Of a DNA stretch of 64,000 bases, positions 23,752-37,430 are shown piece after piece; within the stretch, counting starts at the first letter, position 1, and each line of letters starts with the position of its first letter. Under the pieces are notes generated by a model. The model saw nothing but the letters and a program-made list of their open reading frames with translations. It made no database searches and was not told the DNA's origin. The translations under genes were made by a program, and so were the position numbers. The DNA comes from Felis catus (Eukaryota): NCBI RefSeq assembly GCF_018350175.1, contig NC_058370.1, positions 51,274,001 through 51,338,000 on the forward strand, read 5' to 3'.

Positions 23752-25019
23752 CACTGGGATGGCACACTTGCCTGGCCTCTGCTCCTGTCTCCTCCCCATC
23801 TGACTTCTGGGAAGGCAGGTCTGACACAGCATTTAACTTTTTAACAGACATAAAATTTGAAGGATGAAACCCCATCATCCAGTTCTAGCAACCACCACCA
23901 TTCTGCTGTTCCTGTTTCTTGTGAGGCCTGCCCCCTCTCCTGATTTTCTGGAGTATTTTAAAGCAAATTGCAGAAACCATGTAATTTCATCTGTGACTGC
24001 TCAGTGTGCGTCTCTAGCAGATGGAGATATCCAGTGTCACTGGTCCATCTGCAGGGACTAGGTGGAGGTACTCTGTTCTGAAGCTGTAGGCTCTGGGGGT
24101 GGGAGCAGCAATTCTAGGCAGGGGTGTTGGCTTTTCAGTCTCCACGCTGGTGGGTGGAGGTCCCAAGGTCTAGCTTGGAGGCCGAGGAACTAGCAGGTTC
24201 CCTTACCTCCAGATCTGATCTATGTTCTTACATTGAGATTTAGCTATAATGAAGTTAACCTTTCAACTTCCATCTCTCAGACACTCATCTTTTTCTCAGC
24301 TGGATCCAAGAACAGGAGGCGAACACTTACTATGACAGAAAAACCCAATGATAACACAACAAATTCTCCCCAAAATTTATATATTTAAGAACACGTTAAC
24401 ATATGAACTGTGTTACCAATTCAGCAGTGAGAAATGCAAACAAGGGCAGAGTTTCAACTAAGCATTCATCCCCCTTCTGAACACGAAAAGGTTTATAGAA
24501 GCGTTAATTGACCCCCTGGGGATTATTCTTCCGTACCTGATGCTGGGCCTGGCTTCTTGATTGGTGAGCATGCACCCAGCTCCCAGCCTGCTCAGGACAG
24601 GGCTCCTGCACAGGGAGTAAGCTGGGAAGGCTGGGGTGCCTCCAGTGCAGCGCTGGGATTGGAGCCGCCTGCTCTGCAGGTGACTGACTGGTGCAGTCCC
24701 CCAAGGGCCTGTGCTACCCTGCTGCTCCCACATTAAAGTATTGACCTTAGATTCTGTTAACCCTTTTCTGAAAGCTTGAGTGTTCCAGACAACAGATAAT
24801 CCAGTCCATGGATACCCATTCTCCAAATGACTATCTTCCTTTACTCCGAATGAAAGAGAAGACTATTCCAAATAATTTTTTAAGGCACTGAAGTTGTTTT
24901 TCCTTATTCATATGATAGGACTGAAACACAATACACTAACAGTAACACAATTTTGCAATAAGACCTTGTCTGCTTCCTCTTCCTGCTCTCTACACAGGGG
25001 GGTCTAACAATAATGTGAA

Positions 25020-25310
25020 AGGTAATGTTATTTTCTAACTCCTAGGTCTCACTCTGTGCCAGCCAGTGCTGTATGCACTTTACTTATATTACTGACTTAA
25101 TCCTCACCAGAGCCCAGTGAGGTAGGCAAGTGTATTATGCCCAGTGAAGGCATTATGCTCAGTGTATTATGCCCAGAATACAGTGTATTATGGTGAGTGT
25201 ATTATACCCAGAATACAGATGAGGAAACTAGAGGCCAAGGAGGGGGAAGTTTGGTAGGTGACAGAGTGGGGCTGAGCCCAGTGGATTGGTGCTGTGACTC
25301 TGCTTGATGC
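25020..25310 (-). mobile_element. MIR with internal tandem expansion
   Basis: ctgtgccag...gcactttac...ttaatcctcac...gaggtagg...acagatgaggaaact. Confidence 0.75.
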
Positions 25311-25789
25311 CAAGGCAGGAAGGGGCAGCAGGGCAGTGAGCAGGGCAGGGGTGAGGCCCGGTGGGTCTGCATCCTGTGGTGAGGAGTCTGGATTGATTCT
25401 AAGAGTTACAGGCTCCACAGGAGGCCTATCAGGAGTAAGGCCACCCAACTTACCTTGGGGATGGTTCTGGTCACTGTGTGAGATGACTCTTAGAGACATC
25501 ACCTTAGAGTGCAGACTGTCTGGGAGAGGGTGAGAGGTAGCATTCCATGTACTAAGGGGCCCAAGAGCCCATGGGGTCTAACCATTGCAACTTAAAACCT
25601 TTTAGTTGAGAAGGTTCTTTCTACATTCATGTTACACTAACAAAGCTTCCTAGATCAAAGCAGGGATGGGCTTGTGAATGACAAGGACATGGTCAGGGAG
25701 AGTCAGTGGACTTGGGGATAAAGGTTGTGTGTAATGAGCAGCAGGAGGGTCTAGGGGAGAGATGGACCCAAACTCAGACTCACCTACTC

Positions 25790-26230
25790 ACAGCAAACAG
25801 CAACATCCTCAAAGTGGCCTCTGAGACCCTGTAAAATCTGCCTCCCACTGCCTGCTCCACCTCACCCTACTTGGACTGGTCTGTCACTCTGGCCACCGCT
25901 ACCCCTCAGTCATGAGCCAGCTTAGGCCACCACCTGGAACCTGAACTGCTCACTCAGAGATCGCTTCCTCACTGGGGCCTTCCAAACATGCTAATTAAAA
26001 TTACAGACCCCTCTACCTCACTTCGCTCCCCTCCTTTGTCAGCTTTATTTTTCTCCATAGAGAATATACTACCCTCTAGAATTTGTTTTTCTCTACTATT
26101 TGTCTTCTCCCGCTACAATGTGGGTTTCAAGACGTTTCTCTTCTGCGGTGCTATCAGCTGCATCTCCAGGGCCTGGCACATGGCAGGTGCTCCATGAATA
26201 CATGAATGAATGAAGGGATGGGTGAATGAG
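25790..26230 (+). mobile_element. L2 3' fragment
   Basis: Ends gcctggcacatggcaggtgctccatgaatacatgaatgaatgaa. Confidence 0.75.
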
Positions 26231-29200
26231 GAAACAAATGGTGGTTTGAAAGGTATAATCCACACAGCGCCATAGTAGTCAAAACATGCCATTTCAGCCA
26301 AGGGCTAAGACATGCTCACAGAAACCTAATGCAGAAGGAACAAACAAATCTCCAGCTCTTGACAACCACTCTGGCATTGGCAGGTGTATCTCTATTTTAC
26401 AGGTGAAGTCGCCCAAACTGAACGTGGCTGCATTCGCTCTCCTTGGAGACACCGGCCAGTGTACTTCTCCCAGCAGGGCAGTGGCACACAGGATAGGCTG
26501 TCTTCATCTACGAGGGGCGAGCCCGGAGTACAAGTGTTTATGGAAACTTGGACACCTCTAGGATCTCATTAAGATGGTTTCCCAAAAAGGCCAACATAGC
26601 TCTGCAGTGTGCTGAGGGTCTATGGGCAGGGAGGCAGGCAGGAAAATCACTGAAAACAGAGACATCTGGGAAAGTGTGGTCAACAAACCAAGTCTTTGTC
26701 CCTGCTTGCAACAGAAGGAGAGTCCTCAGTAGCTTCAAACTGTAATTCTTAATTGCTCTCACTTTGAATATTTGAAAGAAATAAAAGTAACAGAGAATAG
26801 CTTTGAGTTTCTCTGAGTAAGTCAAGCAGAAATAAGATGAAGCCAGAATTAGCCACATTTTCTCATTTTGTAATAATCGGTTGAATTGCGGTAGCTATAG
26901 AAAGTCTCTCAATATGCACATGCACCGTTTGAGCATTCTACCTGAATCTTAAAAATGTCTAGGCCACCAAAAACTTTATATCCCTTCTTTTCCAAACAGG
27001 AAACGATAATAAAAGGTAAGAGGAAAGAGCTGTATAACGACATGTGAGGTATTTTCCAACTGGCATACAGGGTCAATTTTGGTAATAATTCATTGTCAAA
27101 TTTCTGAACTAATGGTGAGGCAGCAGCTTGGACCAGCCGGGCAGATCTCTCCACTAAAGCTTGGTCAACTCTGGGAGGAAGACGCCGGAGTCCCCCGATG
27201 ACCCCAGTGACTCCAGATGGATGTGTTTGCTTCCAGCTGTACAACCAGACATGCTGTTCCTTCTGCACTAAACACAGGTCCTGAACCTCAGCCAAGAAAT
27301 ATTCCACTGTCACCTTATTAACACCCAGAGTTAAATCTCTCCACAGCTAAATATGCTTTCACCATCACATCTGAAAAATAGCTACCACCACCATGGCCTG
27401 CCCAAGGGGAAGAGGGGGCTTCATAAGCAGGACTCTGCCTGGGTGGGTGGCTCCCCCATTGATGGCCAAGGCCCACCCTTAGGACTAAGTGGAATCTAAC
27501 AAAACAAAGTTTCCTCCCTAAGTTCTATCTTAGACTTGGGCCCACGCAGACCTGCTGCATAAAGCTCTCTGGGACTGCGACCTGGAGTGTTCAGATGATT
27601 CTAATGTTCACTGAAGTTTCTGAGCCACTGGCCCAGGCTACCCCAAATGGAAAGGGAGAAATGAAGAGACAGGAAAGGAATGTGAAAAGCCGAGGAAAGG
27701 CAGCGTATTGTAGCATGGTGGAGGAAGGGCAGGCGGGAGTGGACAGTTCAGGACAGCCTGTGGGGAGCAGTGCGAGGCATCTATCTCCCTGAGTAACAGG
27801 AAGATGAAGACAGAAGCAGTCTGAGGTCACAAAGGGCTCAGTGGAGGGTGCTCCAGTTTGGTGAAAAGAGAACCCATCCTTCACCTACTCCATACGCTGG
27901 ATCATGACTGCCCATGGGAGTGACATGTGAGGGGAAAGAAGAAGAGCAGGGGGAGCCAGAGGCAGAAATGGCCATGCAAGTACATGGTGGGCACGTTTTG
28001 TTTCCCACTGGACAAACTTGAGGCTAGGACACAGGTGAGAGGCTTGGACACAGCGGGCATGAATGCCAGTTCTTTGCCAATGTCACCTGCATTTTCAGCT
28101 GATCCTAGATGGAGACATTTTTAGTCCCTACTTGTCTCTTGAAGATGGAAAATCATGTAAGCCTTTTCTTGCTTTCTTCTTGGCCTGCTAGCAGCTGCAC
28201 CTCTCAGTCTTGGGCAAGACAGTGAGGCTCCTCCTTATCCCCATAGACCCTCTGGGTGAGACCAGTGAGCGAGGACAGGTGGTTTCCCAGGGACCTCATA
28301 AGTCCTACGTTCTGAAAGCATCCCAGCCAAGATCTTTCCAGAATTGGCCTATTTTGTGCCATCAAATGTCAAGACCAAGATGGGAAAAAATTATGCATTA
28401 TAGGGTTTGCCTTCTTACATTTGTAGTTAGGGATAAAACAACAACAACAAACCCAGAAATTATGGAATGTACAATAGTGTATTACAAAGATGTTAACTTT
28501 CCAAGTAATTAAAGCAGGGTGAGTTGGTATCTATGCACTTTTCCATTTTTGTTGGGGGAAAAATCCCAATGATCACACATATATGTGCATGCATCATGCC
28601 TTGGGATGCAGATGCTGGCAGGAAAACATGGAGACCCAGATAGTGGCTGGGCCAAATGCACGAAACTAAAGTCTTACTTTCCTATGGAATTGTCTCATTT
28701 CTTTATGTGATTCCTCCAGCAGTAAAGTAAGGGAAACTGGTGAAGGCAAGGCACATTGCCTGTTCTCCTGATGGGTCCAGGACTTTGCCTCCCAGACCAC
28801 TTTGCTCAGATGCAAAGAAAACACAGGATGCCAGGAGCTGTCCTGCCTGGCTCCTGCCCAGTCCCATCTGCTCCCCCCTCCCTCAGCTTGCTCAGCCAGT
28901 GCTCTCTTTGGTGACTAGAGTTGCCTGTTAAGTGCATTAAGTTTTCATGAAGGCACTGTCCACATCTGGACACAGAAATGCAGGCAAAACTTGGTAGTCA
29001 AGTCAAGACATGGGGGGATCCCCACTGCTGCCAGCTGCCCACTGCTGTGGAAGCTTGTAAGAAATGGGCCAGGCAAAAAGAAAAAATAAAACAAACTTTA
29101 AACAAAATGGCACCCCCTCCATTCAATGGCAGAAATCTCTGAGAAGTTTCTTTCCTGTGCCCTTCCTGAGGTCTTTTTTTCTACATTGCTTCTGATGCAG

Positions 29201-29484
29201 TGAGCTCAGGTATCCTGAGCTTCCCTCAGGGCAAGCAGGGGCACATTAGAAGGGAGGAAATAGAGGGAGAGCACGTGACAGTGTTTGGAACTTGGTCATC
29301 ACCAATATCCATAGTACATAATTGCCTCAAAGGCTTTCCACCAGTTCCTCATCTCTCTAAAAAGTCCTTGATTACTTATTCTTGGCACTGGAGTTGGGGA
29401 CAAGCAGCACAGGAGACCACAGCTGACCTGCAGCTTTCCTGTTCTGCCAAAAATACCCCCTGTGGTTCTAACTTTCTCATCCCT

Positions 29485-29566
29485 ATTTACTTTTCCCCAA
29501 ATTTTACTGAGATACAGTTGACATATAACACTGTACTAGTTTATGGTGTATAGCATAATGACTTGT
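29485..29566 (-). mobile_element. Short L1 3'-end fragment
   Basis: ttttactgagatacagttgacatataacactgtactagtttatggtgtatagcataatgacttg. Confidence 0.7.
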
Positions 29567-29699
29567 CACCCTTATTTCAAAATTCCTGAACCATCACAGG
29601 TTAACACTCATTTAGCCAAGATGGGATAATATAGACCTGACATGCTGAGAACAGATCTATGAAACATAGCTTTCAGACATGGGGGGGGGGTGGGCATCA

Positions 29700-30495
29700 G
29701 CAGCTCAGGGCAGTAACTGATGAGAGAGGTGAAGCCTGCCACCTGAAGCCTCAGGTTCCCCTGGAATTGAGAAGATGGAGTTTGGGTTCTGGGGAGGCCA
29801 CAGTAACTGGTATCTGTGGGCTCAAGTCCTAGAAAGGAGAGATCTGCACAGCTCCACCCACAAAGTCTACAGCTGAGTATTGATGAGAACATTCATAGGA
29901 AGAAATTACCCAGAGCTGGGGAAAGAACCACCAAAAGGGGAAGACAGAACAATACCTGAGGCTCACACAAAGCTGGGAACAGTTTGCATTCCCACTTTTG
30001 AGAATGAAAACCTCTTAAATCATGGGGCATGGATGGAGAAGATTATAGCTTTGGAAGTGGGGATAATTAGCTCTACATTAGAGGTGCCCTAGTCCTTCGG
30101 AACAAAGCTTAAAAGCAAGGCTCAAAAGCATCAAACTGTTTGTAAGTGACCTAGTGACATCCCAGAACAAAGCTTAAGAATATCTGTAGGAACAAAAAAA
30201 CATCTAGCACCGGAAAAGGCAAAATTCACAAAGTTGGTACCCAATTAAAAATATCAGGCATGCAAAGAAGCAGGAAAATGCAATCTATAAATCTAATTTA
30301 TAAATATTTAGAGAGGAGAAAAATCAGTTAGTAGAAATAGAACCAGAAACAACACAAAACATGGGATTTATAGATGAGCATGTCGGAATATTTACTATGA
30401 TTATACTTCTAAGCATGGGTGGGTAGAGATACAGAGGACATAAGAAAAACTCCAATTAAACTACTAGAGATGGAAACACAGTGTCTGAGATAAAC
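29700..30495 (+). mobile_element. Old L1M (L1MC/MD-like) 5' region fragment
   Basis: aacaaagcttaaaagcaag..., tcccagaacaaagcttaagaatat, aaaattcaca..., aggcatgcaaagaagcaggaaaat; A-rich plus strand. Confidence 0.65.
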
Positions 30496-32125
30496 TCCCC
30501 AAGACACTCCAACCGGCCACCCAAATGCCCCGAAGTCAGGGGGGGTAAGCTGCTTCTATCTGTCTGTGCTTCTCACTTGCCAGTTCCCTTCACTGAGCCT
30601 GCTTTTCATCTCCTTCCACAGACAGCAGGAATTCCAGCAGCATGCTTCAAACAAAATCTCTCTGCAGGAAAGAATGGGTGAGGTTTGGTAAAATGTGCTG
30701 CATACACAAGATGTGCCACCTCTGTGGAAAGTTCTGGGGTCAGGCCCGCCCACCAGCCCCCACAGCAGCAGACCTGGCTCTGAGGGAGGCTCTGAGGGCA
30801 GGAGAGCCGTGGGTAAAGAGCTGCAGCCACATGAAGTCACCTCATTGGCTTTGCAGTGAAACATGAAGACACAGCTGCACGTCATTGGTTTTAAAAGTGC
30901 ACCAGGGTGCAATGTTACTAAAGCCTTATAAGGCTACTAACCTGGTGCTTGGGGCGGGGAGGTTCCTGGGTCCCCTGTGAGTACCTGGCATCAGCATCAC
31001 TACTTCCAGACCCCACCTGTCTGCACACAGTGAGCTTCTAACAGCCCTGACAGTAACCCGTGGGGAAAGAGAAGCCAAGTCAGGGAGACAAAATCCATCT
31101 CTATGTTAGCACCAGGACGTTTCTGCCAACACTGCATACAAGTTAGCAGAGCTGATTTGTAGGCTGTAAAGAATGATAAAGGAAAATAAATAAAAGCAGG
31201 TAGATGATACCCTTTATCCAGGAGACCCCTTAGGCTGGGAGCCACTGCCCCCACTCACTGGGCTGCTGAGAATGTGGGGAATGGCCAGCTGAGTCCTCGG
31301 CAACTGTCAAGAACCTTCCACCTTCTCCAGAGGCCTCTGTCTCCCTGAAAAGTGCTTAGACACAGATGCCAGTGGCTGTAGAACCATTTGTTTCATTTGT
31401 GTGATGTGGAACCGCCCACATGGGGCTCCCACCTATTACCTCATTGGATCCTCCTGACAGGACTTTCTGATGTGGTGCCATCCACATTGTGAGGCAGGGG
31501 GGATGTTCAATGCAAAAGCTTCAAACAGAGGGATAAAGCCCATGTAAGCCTCTGCTTCCAAAGCCCTTACCTGGAGCACCAGGCCTTCCAACTCCATGCC
31601 CCACATTCCCAGATGGGAGGGAGGGGCAGGTCAAGCGGGTGCAGGAAATGAGAAGCCCCCTTTTCCCTCTCACTGTCCATATTACTTCCTGACATGTTGG
31701 CTTTCCCTCTGAGGAGAGGAGGGAGTCCATAGAAGGAGAAGGGGGCCATAGAGACCAGGACTGATGACTAAGAATGAGACCCCCAACCAGAAACACAGCT
31801 GCAAATCTGCCCACCCAGGATCCCACATATAGTGCAGGGTCTGTGGAGGGTGCTGAAGGGGAGAAAGAGGTCCTTGAGCCCCTGTCTATGCTGCTTTCCC
31901 CAAGAACCTGGGTGTGGGCATTCCCTTAGAAGCCATATACACTCCTCATCTTCACCCCTGAAAACACACTGCCTGCCCCAGTCAAGGAGGCTGGAAAACC
32001 AAGACAAATTTGATGAAATCATGAGCAATCTTTTCTTTGCATCAGTAGGTGGCAAATCCAATGGGTAGAAGGGCTGCCCACAACTTCAGAACAGTACAGA
32101 GCATGTACAATTAAAAACCTCAGAT

Positions 32126-32346
32126 GGGGTGCCTGGGTGGCTCAGTCGGTTAAGCATCCGACTTCGGCTCAGGTCATGATCTCGCAGTCCATGAGTTCGA
32201 GCCCCGCGTCAGGCTCTGTGCTGACAGCTCAGAGCCTGGAGCCTGCTTCAAATTCTGTGTCTCCCTCTTGCTCTGACCCTCCCCCGTTCATGCTGTCTCT
32301 CCCTGTCTCAAAAATAAATAAACGTTAAAAAAATTAAAAAAAAAAA
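32126..32346 (+). mobile_element. Can-SINE (SINEC_Fc type), full length
   Basis: ggggtgcctgggtggctcagtcggttaagcatccgacttcggctcaggtcatgatctc...aaaataaataaacgttaaaaaaa; degenerate TSD aaaaac..ctcaga. Confidence 0.96.
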
Positions 32347-34189
32347 CAACTCAGAATTATTTTGTTCCCAATGAAAGCTGTCAGTTGTGCCAATGAGTTA
32401 TTACCAAATGTTTTAATACCATATTTAGAGATGGAGGTTCAAAATAATATTCTCTTTTTGTAAAATCTGAAGTGACAAGGAGACAAGTGTGTTACATGAG
32501 CAAGACGAGCTGAGTTCAACATTGTAATCAACTGAAGCTTAGAAGCAAACTGTCTAACAACGTACACTGTAATTATTGTGCTGAAGACAAGGACTCCCAA
32601 ATGGGAAACAGTTGTCATTAGTAACTACCACTGCAGTTTTTGGTACTTCATTTATTTGGCTAACTCAAGATTTTCATTTCTGCCTCCACCAGTTTTCCAG
32701 GATCTAGAAACAGCATCACATCGACAGTTTTCCCTAACATCACATAGGATTCTTTCAACACCAGGACTGGGGCTTATGGGTCCTGACACCAACAGAGGGC
32801 TGGGGTCTGGTTCCTCAAAGTCAGAATTCTCTGGGCTCCCGCTGGTCCTGGGATGAGGTTGCCCCCCACCTCACTTTCCAGAGCCTGGCCCCATTCCCCC
32901 ATCTCTCGCACGGTCCAGAATACAGCTCCCCTGGGATGTGCCTGCAGACGCTCCAGGCCTCCAGTGCCCCAAGGACATGGGGCTCCTTCCCTCAGGTTGG
33001 TGAGGACCAGGCACAGTTGTGGGAGGTTATGAAGGATTCACCTGGGAGCAGAAGGGCAGGAAACAGGACAGGGCTGTGCTGTCCTAGAACAGCAGGAGCC
33101 AGAGGACAGATCCACCATGTGCCCATGCTTCGGCTCCAGGCTTGAGAAACAGGCTTCCTGCAGAAGCCACTCTGGGGTACATACAGCTAAGTGTGGGGTG
33201 TTGAATGACAGAGCTGTCTTTGATGCATTTGGGGTGTCAGAGGTAAATTAAATGGACTTCAGCATGTGCTCAACTTTCGAATTTCATCTTTCAGCCCCTC
33301 AGACCTGTTTGGACCTGGGCTTCCTCCCATCATTACCCATAGCCCAGGAACCTTCTCTCTCCTGAGCCATCTCTTCTTTCCAAACTGTCCTCCCAGGTCA
33401 CCATCCAGCTCCACAGCCAGTGGCCAGCACCTTCAGCCTCCAGCAGTGCCCCAAAGCCCAGCACTCATGTCCCACTAGCACCCCCATATGGCTGGGTCCC
33501 CAAACCAGGAGTCCTTTGCCCACCTTTCACATCCTCCCTCAGCTCTTGCATCTCTTCCACACACCCCCACCATCTTCCCTGGCAAAGTCCCACATGGCCT
33601 CCGTTCTCAAGTCCTGAACTTTGTCATTCACAACAAATAATGTGCCAAGTGGCTGAGACCAGAACAACTCGGCATAAACTCTGAACATCCGCCCAGGCCT
33701 CAGTGTGCCTCAGAACCTTTCCCATTCACTTCCTCCTCCCTCTGAAGGGTGGGTTTCTCTCCTGTCCATCAAGGTGGGCCCTTATCCTCTCCTGTCTCTG
33801 TCTCTGTCTCTTCTCTAGGTGCCAATTAGCAATTACCCCCTGCTATCCCTTGGGTTTTATTGTTCCCCTCTCCTACCCTCCCCTGAGGGTGCCCCATCCA
33901 ATATACCGCTGAGCAGCATTCCTTTGACTCTGATAACTGCTTAAGATGTGCCCCTTTCCTGGTTTTTCACCAGAGACCTCATGTCTCTGCCCACTCGTCC
34001 CTCCTGGTTTATCTTTGTTCGACCACACAACTGAATGCCTTCACAGGTTGGTGGGCAAGAGATGCTTCCACAGAGGAGAGATTTTCCTTAGGGACTTTCC
34101 TCTGAACATGGCCTGTCATTTCCTGTCATTGCCTTCTTAGTGTTAATGAAACATGCACAGGACAAAACTAAAAATCACCATAAATGGGC

Positions 34190-34508
34190 AGGCCCTCCTG
34201 TTTGGAGGATCTACTTTTTCCCCCACCTCCTGGGTCCCCAGTGGCTTGTGGTCAGGCAGCTGTGTGACTGAGTCCTGGCCACAGCCTGTGGGTGGTGGTC
34301 TGATGTCCACTGCCAGGCCCAGCTCATGAAATTCCCACTTTAGCCTCACTCCCACGTGTTAAAGATGGTAGAGCCCCATTGGCTGGGTCTCCCTGGTGCC
34401 TATGAGAGCCTGGCTGACCAGAACAGCCAGATGTGACCCTCTACTGCAGTTAAGCCCTAGGATCTCAGGGTTCACCTGTCACAGCAGGTACTGACACCTC
34501 AACTAATA
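34190..34508 (+). mobile_element. MLT1-type LTR remnant
   Basis: gtgactgagtcctggcca, aagatggtagagcc and terminal gttaagcc...tcacagcag...aactaata. Confidence 0.5.
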
Positions 34509-35929
34509 TGCTCAAATCCCTCCTCTCAGCTTCTTCCCTTCCTGAACCACACCTTGCTTTCAGACACCCCCTCCTCTAGACTCAAACCCCCAAGGATCTA
34601 TCTGCTCCTTTCACCTATGGAATGTGGGGGTAAAGGATGTTCCCAGGTAAAGGCACAGGAAAGGCACCTGCGAGTGTCAGAGTCAACCTGCACCCTTTCA
34701 GGTTGTGGCCAAAGGCAGCCACTGTCCTTCCACGTGAGTCAAATAAATTACCATCAAGAACACAGGAAAGCCCGCTTCAATGGGCTTGCTTACCCATGCC
34801 TCCAAGGGACCCTAGGGCCATCTCCTTACCTACAGGTTTACATGTAACAGCACAAAACAAGGAAATGCATTAAAATGTATATGTTAAATAAAGGTTGACA
34901 TATGACATATAAGAGGGAAGGAAAGACTTCCCTTCCAACCCAAAAGTTCCGTCAGCCTGCAGGAAGACGAAATAGTTCTTCCCTGGCATCTGTGGCCAGC
35001 GTCTGGGCCTGGGTGTGCTCAGTGCTCCCTCTACCAGATGTCACCACCTGTCCATAGGACAAACAGCCATCACCTGTGCATCTGCTTAGTTGATACAGCA
35101 CAGAGCACATGAGACCCAGTTTTCAGGGGTGGGTGGCTCACCCTCCCACTGAAACCTGCAACTGCACCTTATCTGAGTGTCAAGAGATCTGGGGATGCGA
35201 AGGGGAAGGAGATGGATGGAATCCTGCCTACCAGGTGCTCTCCAGCTGAGTGCATGTCAACGGTTCCTATACCTGGGTGAGCGAAGAACCTGGTGGGAAT
35301 AAGGAGGAAGCCCTTACCCCAGCAGGGGCAGAGGCCTCTCACAGAGGGGTGGTGTGGGAGCTAGCCAAGACAGTGTGGGGCTCAGCCTCAGGAGCTATGA
35401 GAGTGAAGACTGGAAGTGAGACAAAGTGGTGACCATCCTTCCTCAACTGTGTCCTCAGCCTGGTGGGAGTTGGGCCCACGCAGCCATGGAGTCCAGGGCA
35501 AGTGGGACAGGCAATGGCACGCAGCTGTGAGGGGACAAGTGTGTGTGTTCCGCACACCCTGCAGTCCGTTGAAGGAAGTCAGACCCAGAAAAGGCACATA
35601 GCTATGAAGGGAAGTGCTGGTCAGCCTGGGACAGCACCAATAAAGGGAGATCTGGGCAACTTCCAAAATCCAGGAACAAGGCAACCACATTCTTCCTGGT
35701 GCTTCCAGACAGCCAGCCCCCATGACAAGCCCCCTCTAAACATCACGTGGTTTGTCCTGAAAGTTAAAAACCAGTCCAGTCCTATTTTCCCCCATGCCCT
35801 ACCTCTCGGTTGTGCCTCCAAATTCCCCAAACAGCCTCTGGCTCTGGATAATCACTGCATGTTTCTGGATCCAGAAAATGGCTCCTGGCTAATTTTCATG
35901 CTGATCTCCTGATAAGCTGTCACTCCCAC

Positions 35930-36250
35930 AGTCATACATTTATTAAGCACCCACTGTGTGCACTTTGCTAAGAGCTAGGGATATTAAAAAGGAACAAAAA
36001 GAGGTCCCTGACTTAAAGGATCCCAGTCCTTTAAGGATTGCAGGGGACTGAAGAAGTTTAAGAAATGCTGGAAGCCCTGTGCCTTGACATAAACAGGGTC
36101 TTAGGGCTCAGGGAATGGCTCCATGGAGTGAGTGCCATTTGAGTTGGGTTTCAAAGGATGAAGAAGAGCTCTATGGGTCCTTGCACAGAGGCCCTGAGCT
36201 AGGAAAGGCACCGTCAAAGTTTGGGTGGCTGGAATCTCCGGTGCCTAGAG
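35930..36250 (-). mobile_element. L2 fragment
   Basis: catttattaagcacccactgtgtgc...tgctaagagctagggata...tttgagttgggtttcaaaggatg. Confidence 0.6.
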
Positions 36251-36544
36251 ACAGCCTGGTGCCACCATGCTAGGTGGAAGTTGCAAAGTCCAGTCTCGGC
36301 ATCTCACGGCAGGTTTGGAGATCACTACCCTGGAGACCACTGAGCCCAGGCTGGGAAGGAAGGAGGAGGGTGGGGGCTGGGGCAGAGGGTAGGGCAGGGT
36401 GGATTTGAGAGAAACGCTGTTCAGATATGGTGTGGAGGACAGACTAGTGATGGGGAGGCTGGTGTCAGGCACAGGACCAGACATGCCCCGAACTAGGGGA
36501 GGACTCTGCTCTTGGACCCTTCCCAGCCTATACTCATTCCCACA

Positions 36545-37430
36545 GTGGCCCATCTACATGCCAAAGACACCAAATTAGCATCTCCAACACAGACCTCTGT
36601 CTTGAACTTGACCCCTGCATACCTGTTGCCTATCTGATAAGCCACTCAGATGTTTAACAGATACCCCAGGCCCAACCTTCTGTGAACTGGCCTCTTGGTC
36701 TCCATGTACCCCAGCCCACTTCACCCTTCACGTCCATGGTGATTTCATTCCTCCAGCTGCTCAGGCCAAAACTGGATGTTTTACACTTCGCAGCCTCACA
36801 TCGGCACTTCCTGCTGGTTCTACTAGCTACAGCAGCTGATGCTTTTTGCCACCTCTGTGACTACCACCGTGGCCTGTGCTGGCAATAGCTTCACAATCTA
36901 TTTCCATTCTTGCCACACATGCTCCCATCCCCCTATACTCAATCGATGCTCAACAGTGGTGCCAAAGTGATTCACATAAAACTTATGTCAGATCATCAAG
37001 CTCAAAAGTTCTTCACCGGTTTCCTATTTCACGTAAAACAAAAGCCAATTTTATTAAATAGGCCTTCAAGGGCCTATGTGATCTGACCCTCTTCACCTTA
37101 CCTTATCTCCTACTACTTACCCCCTTGCCCACTGGGTTCCAGCCACTCAGCCTTTCCTGCTGTTCCTCAAGCAGGCCTGGCACATTCCTGCCTCAGGAAC
37201 TTTGCACTGGCTGTCCCCTCTGTCTAGAATGCTCACCCAACACTCCTCTCTCCCGTTTTATTTTTTTCTCCATTTCAGTTATCATTTTCTGAGGCGTTTA
37301 TATAATGGACTTGCATATTATCTGCCCCCCACACCAGAAAGTGAGTTCCATAAGAGAGTTTCATAAAGACAGGAATATTTTGTTTGCTGATATGTTGAGT
37401 GGCGAGAGCAGTTGTCTGACAAGCACTAAT
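36545..37430 (+). mobile_element. L2 fragment
   Basis: tgctcaggccaaaac, gtcagatcat, ttcctgcctcaggaactttgcactggctgtcccctctgtctagaatgct. Confidence 0.75.

Noticed and set aside
36004-36048. Hairpin cttaaagga-tcccag-tcctttaag as a pre-miRNA
   Set aside because: Only a 9-bp perfect stem with a bulged extension, inside an L2 fragment; too short for a pre-miRNA.
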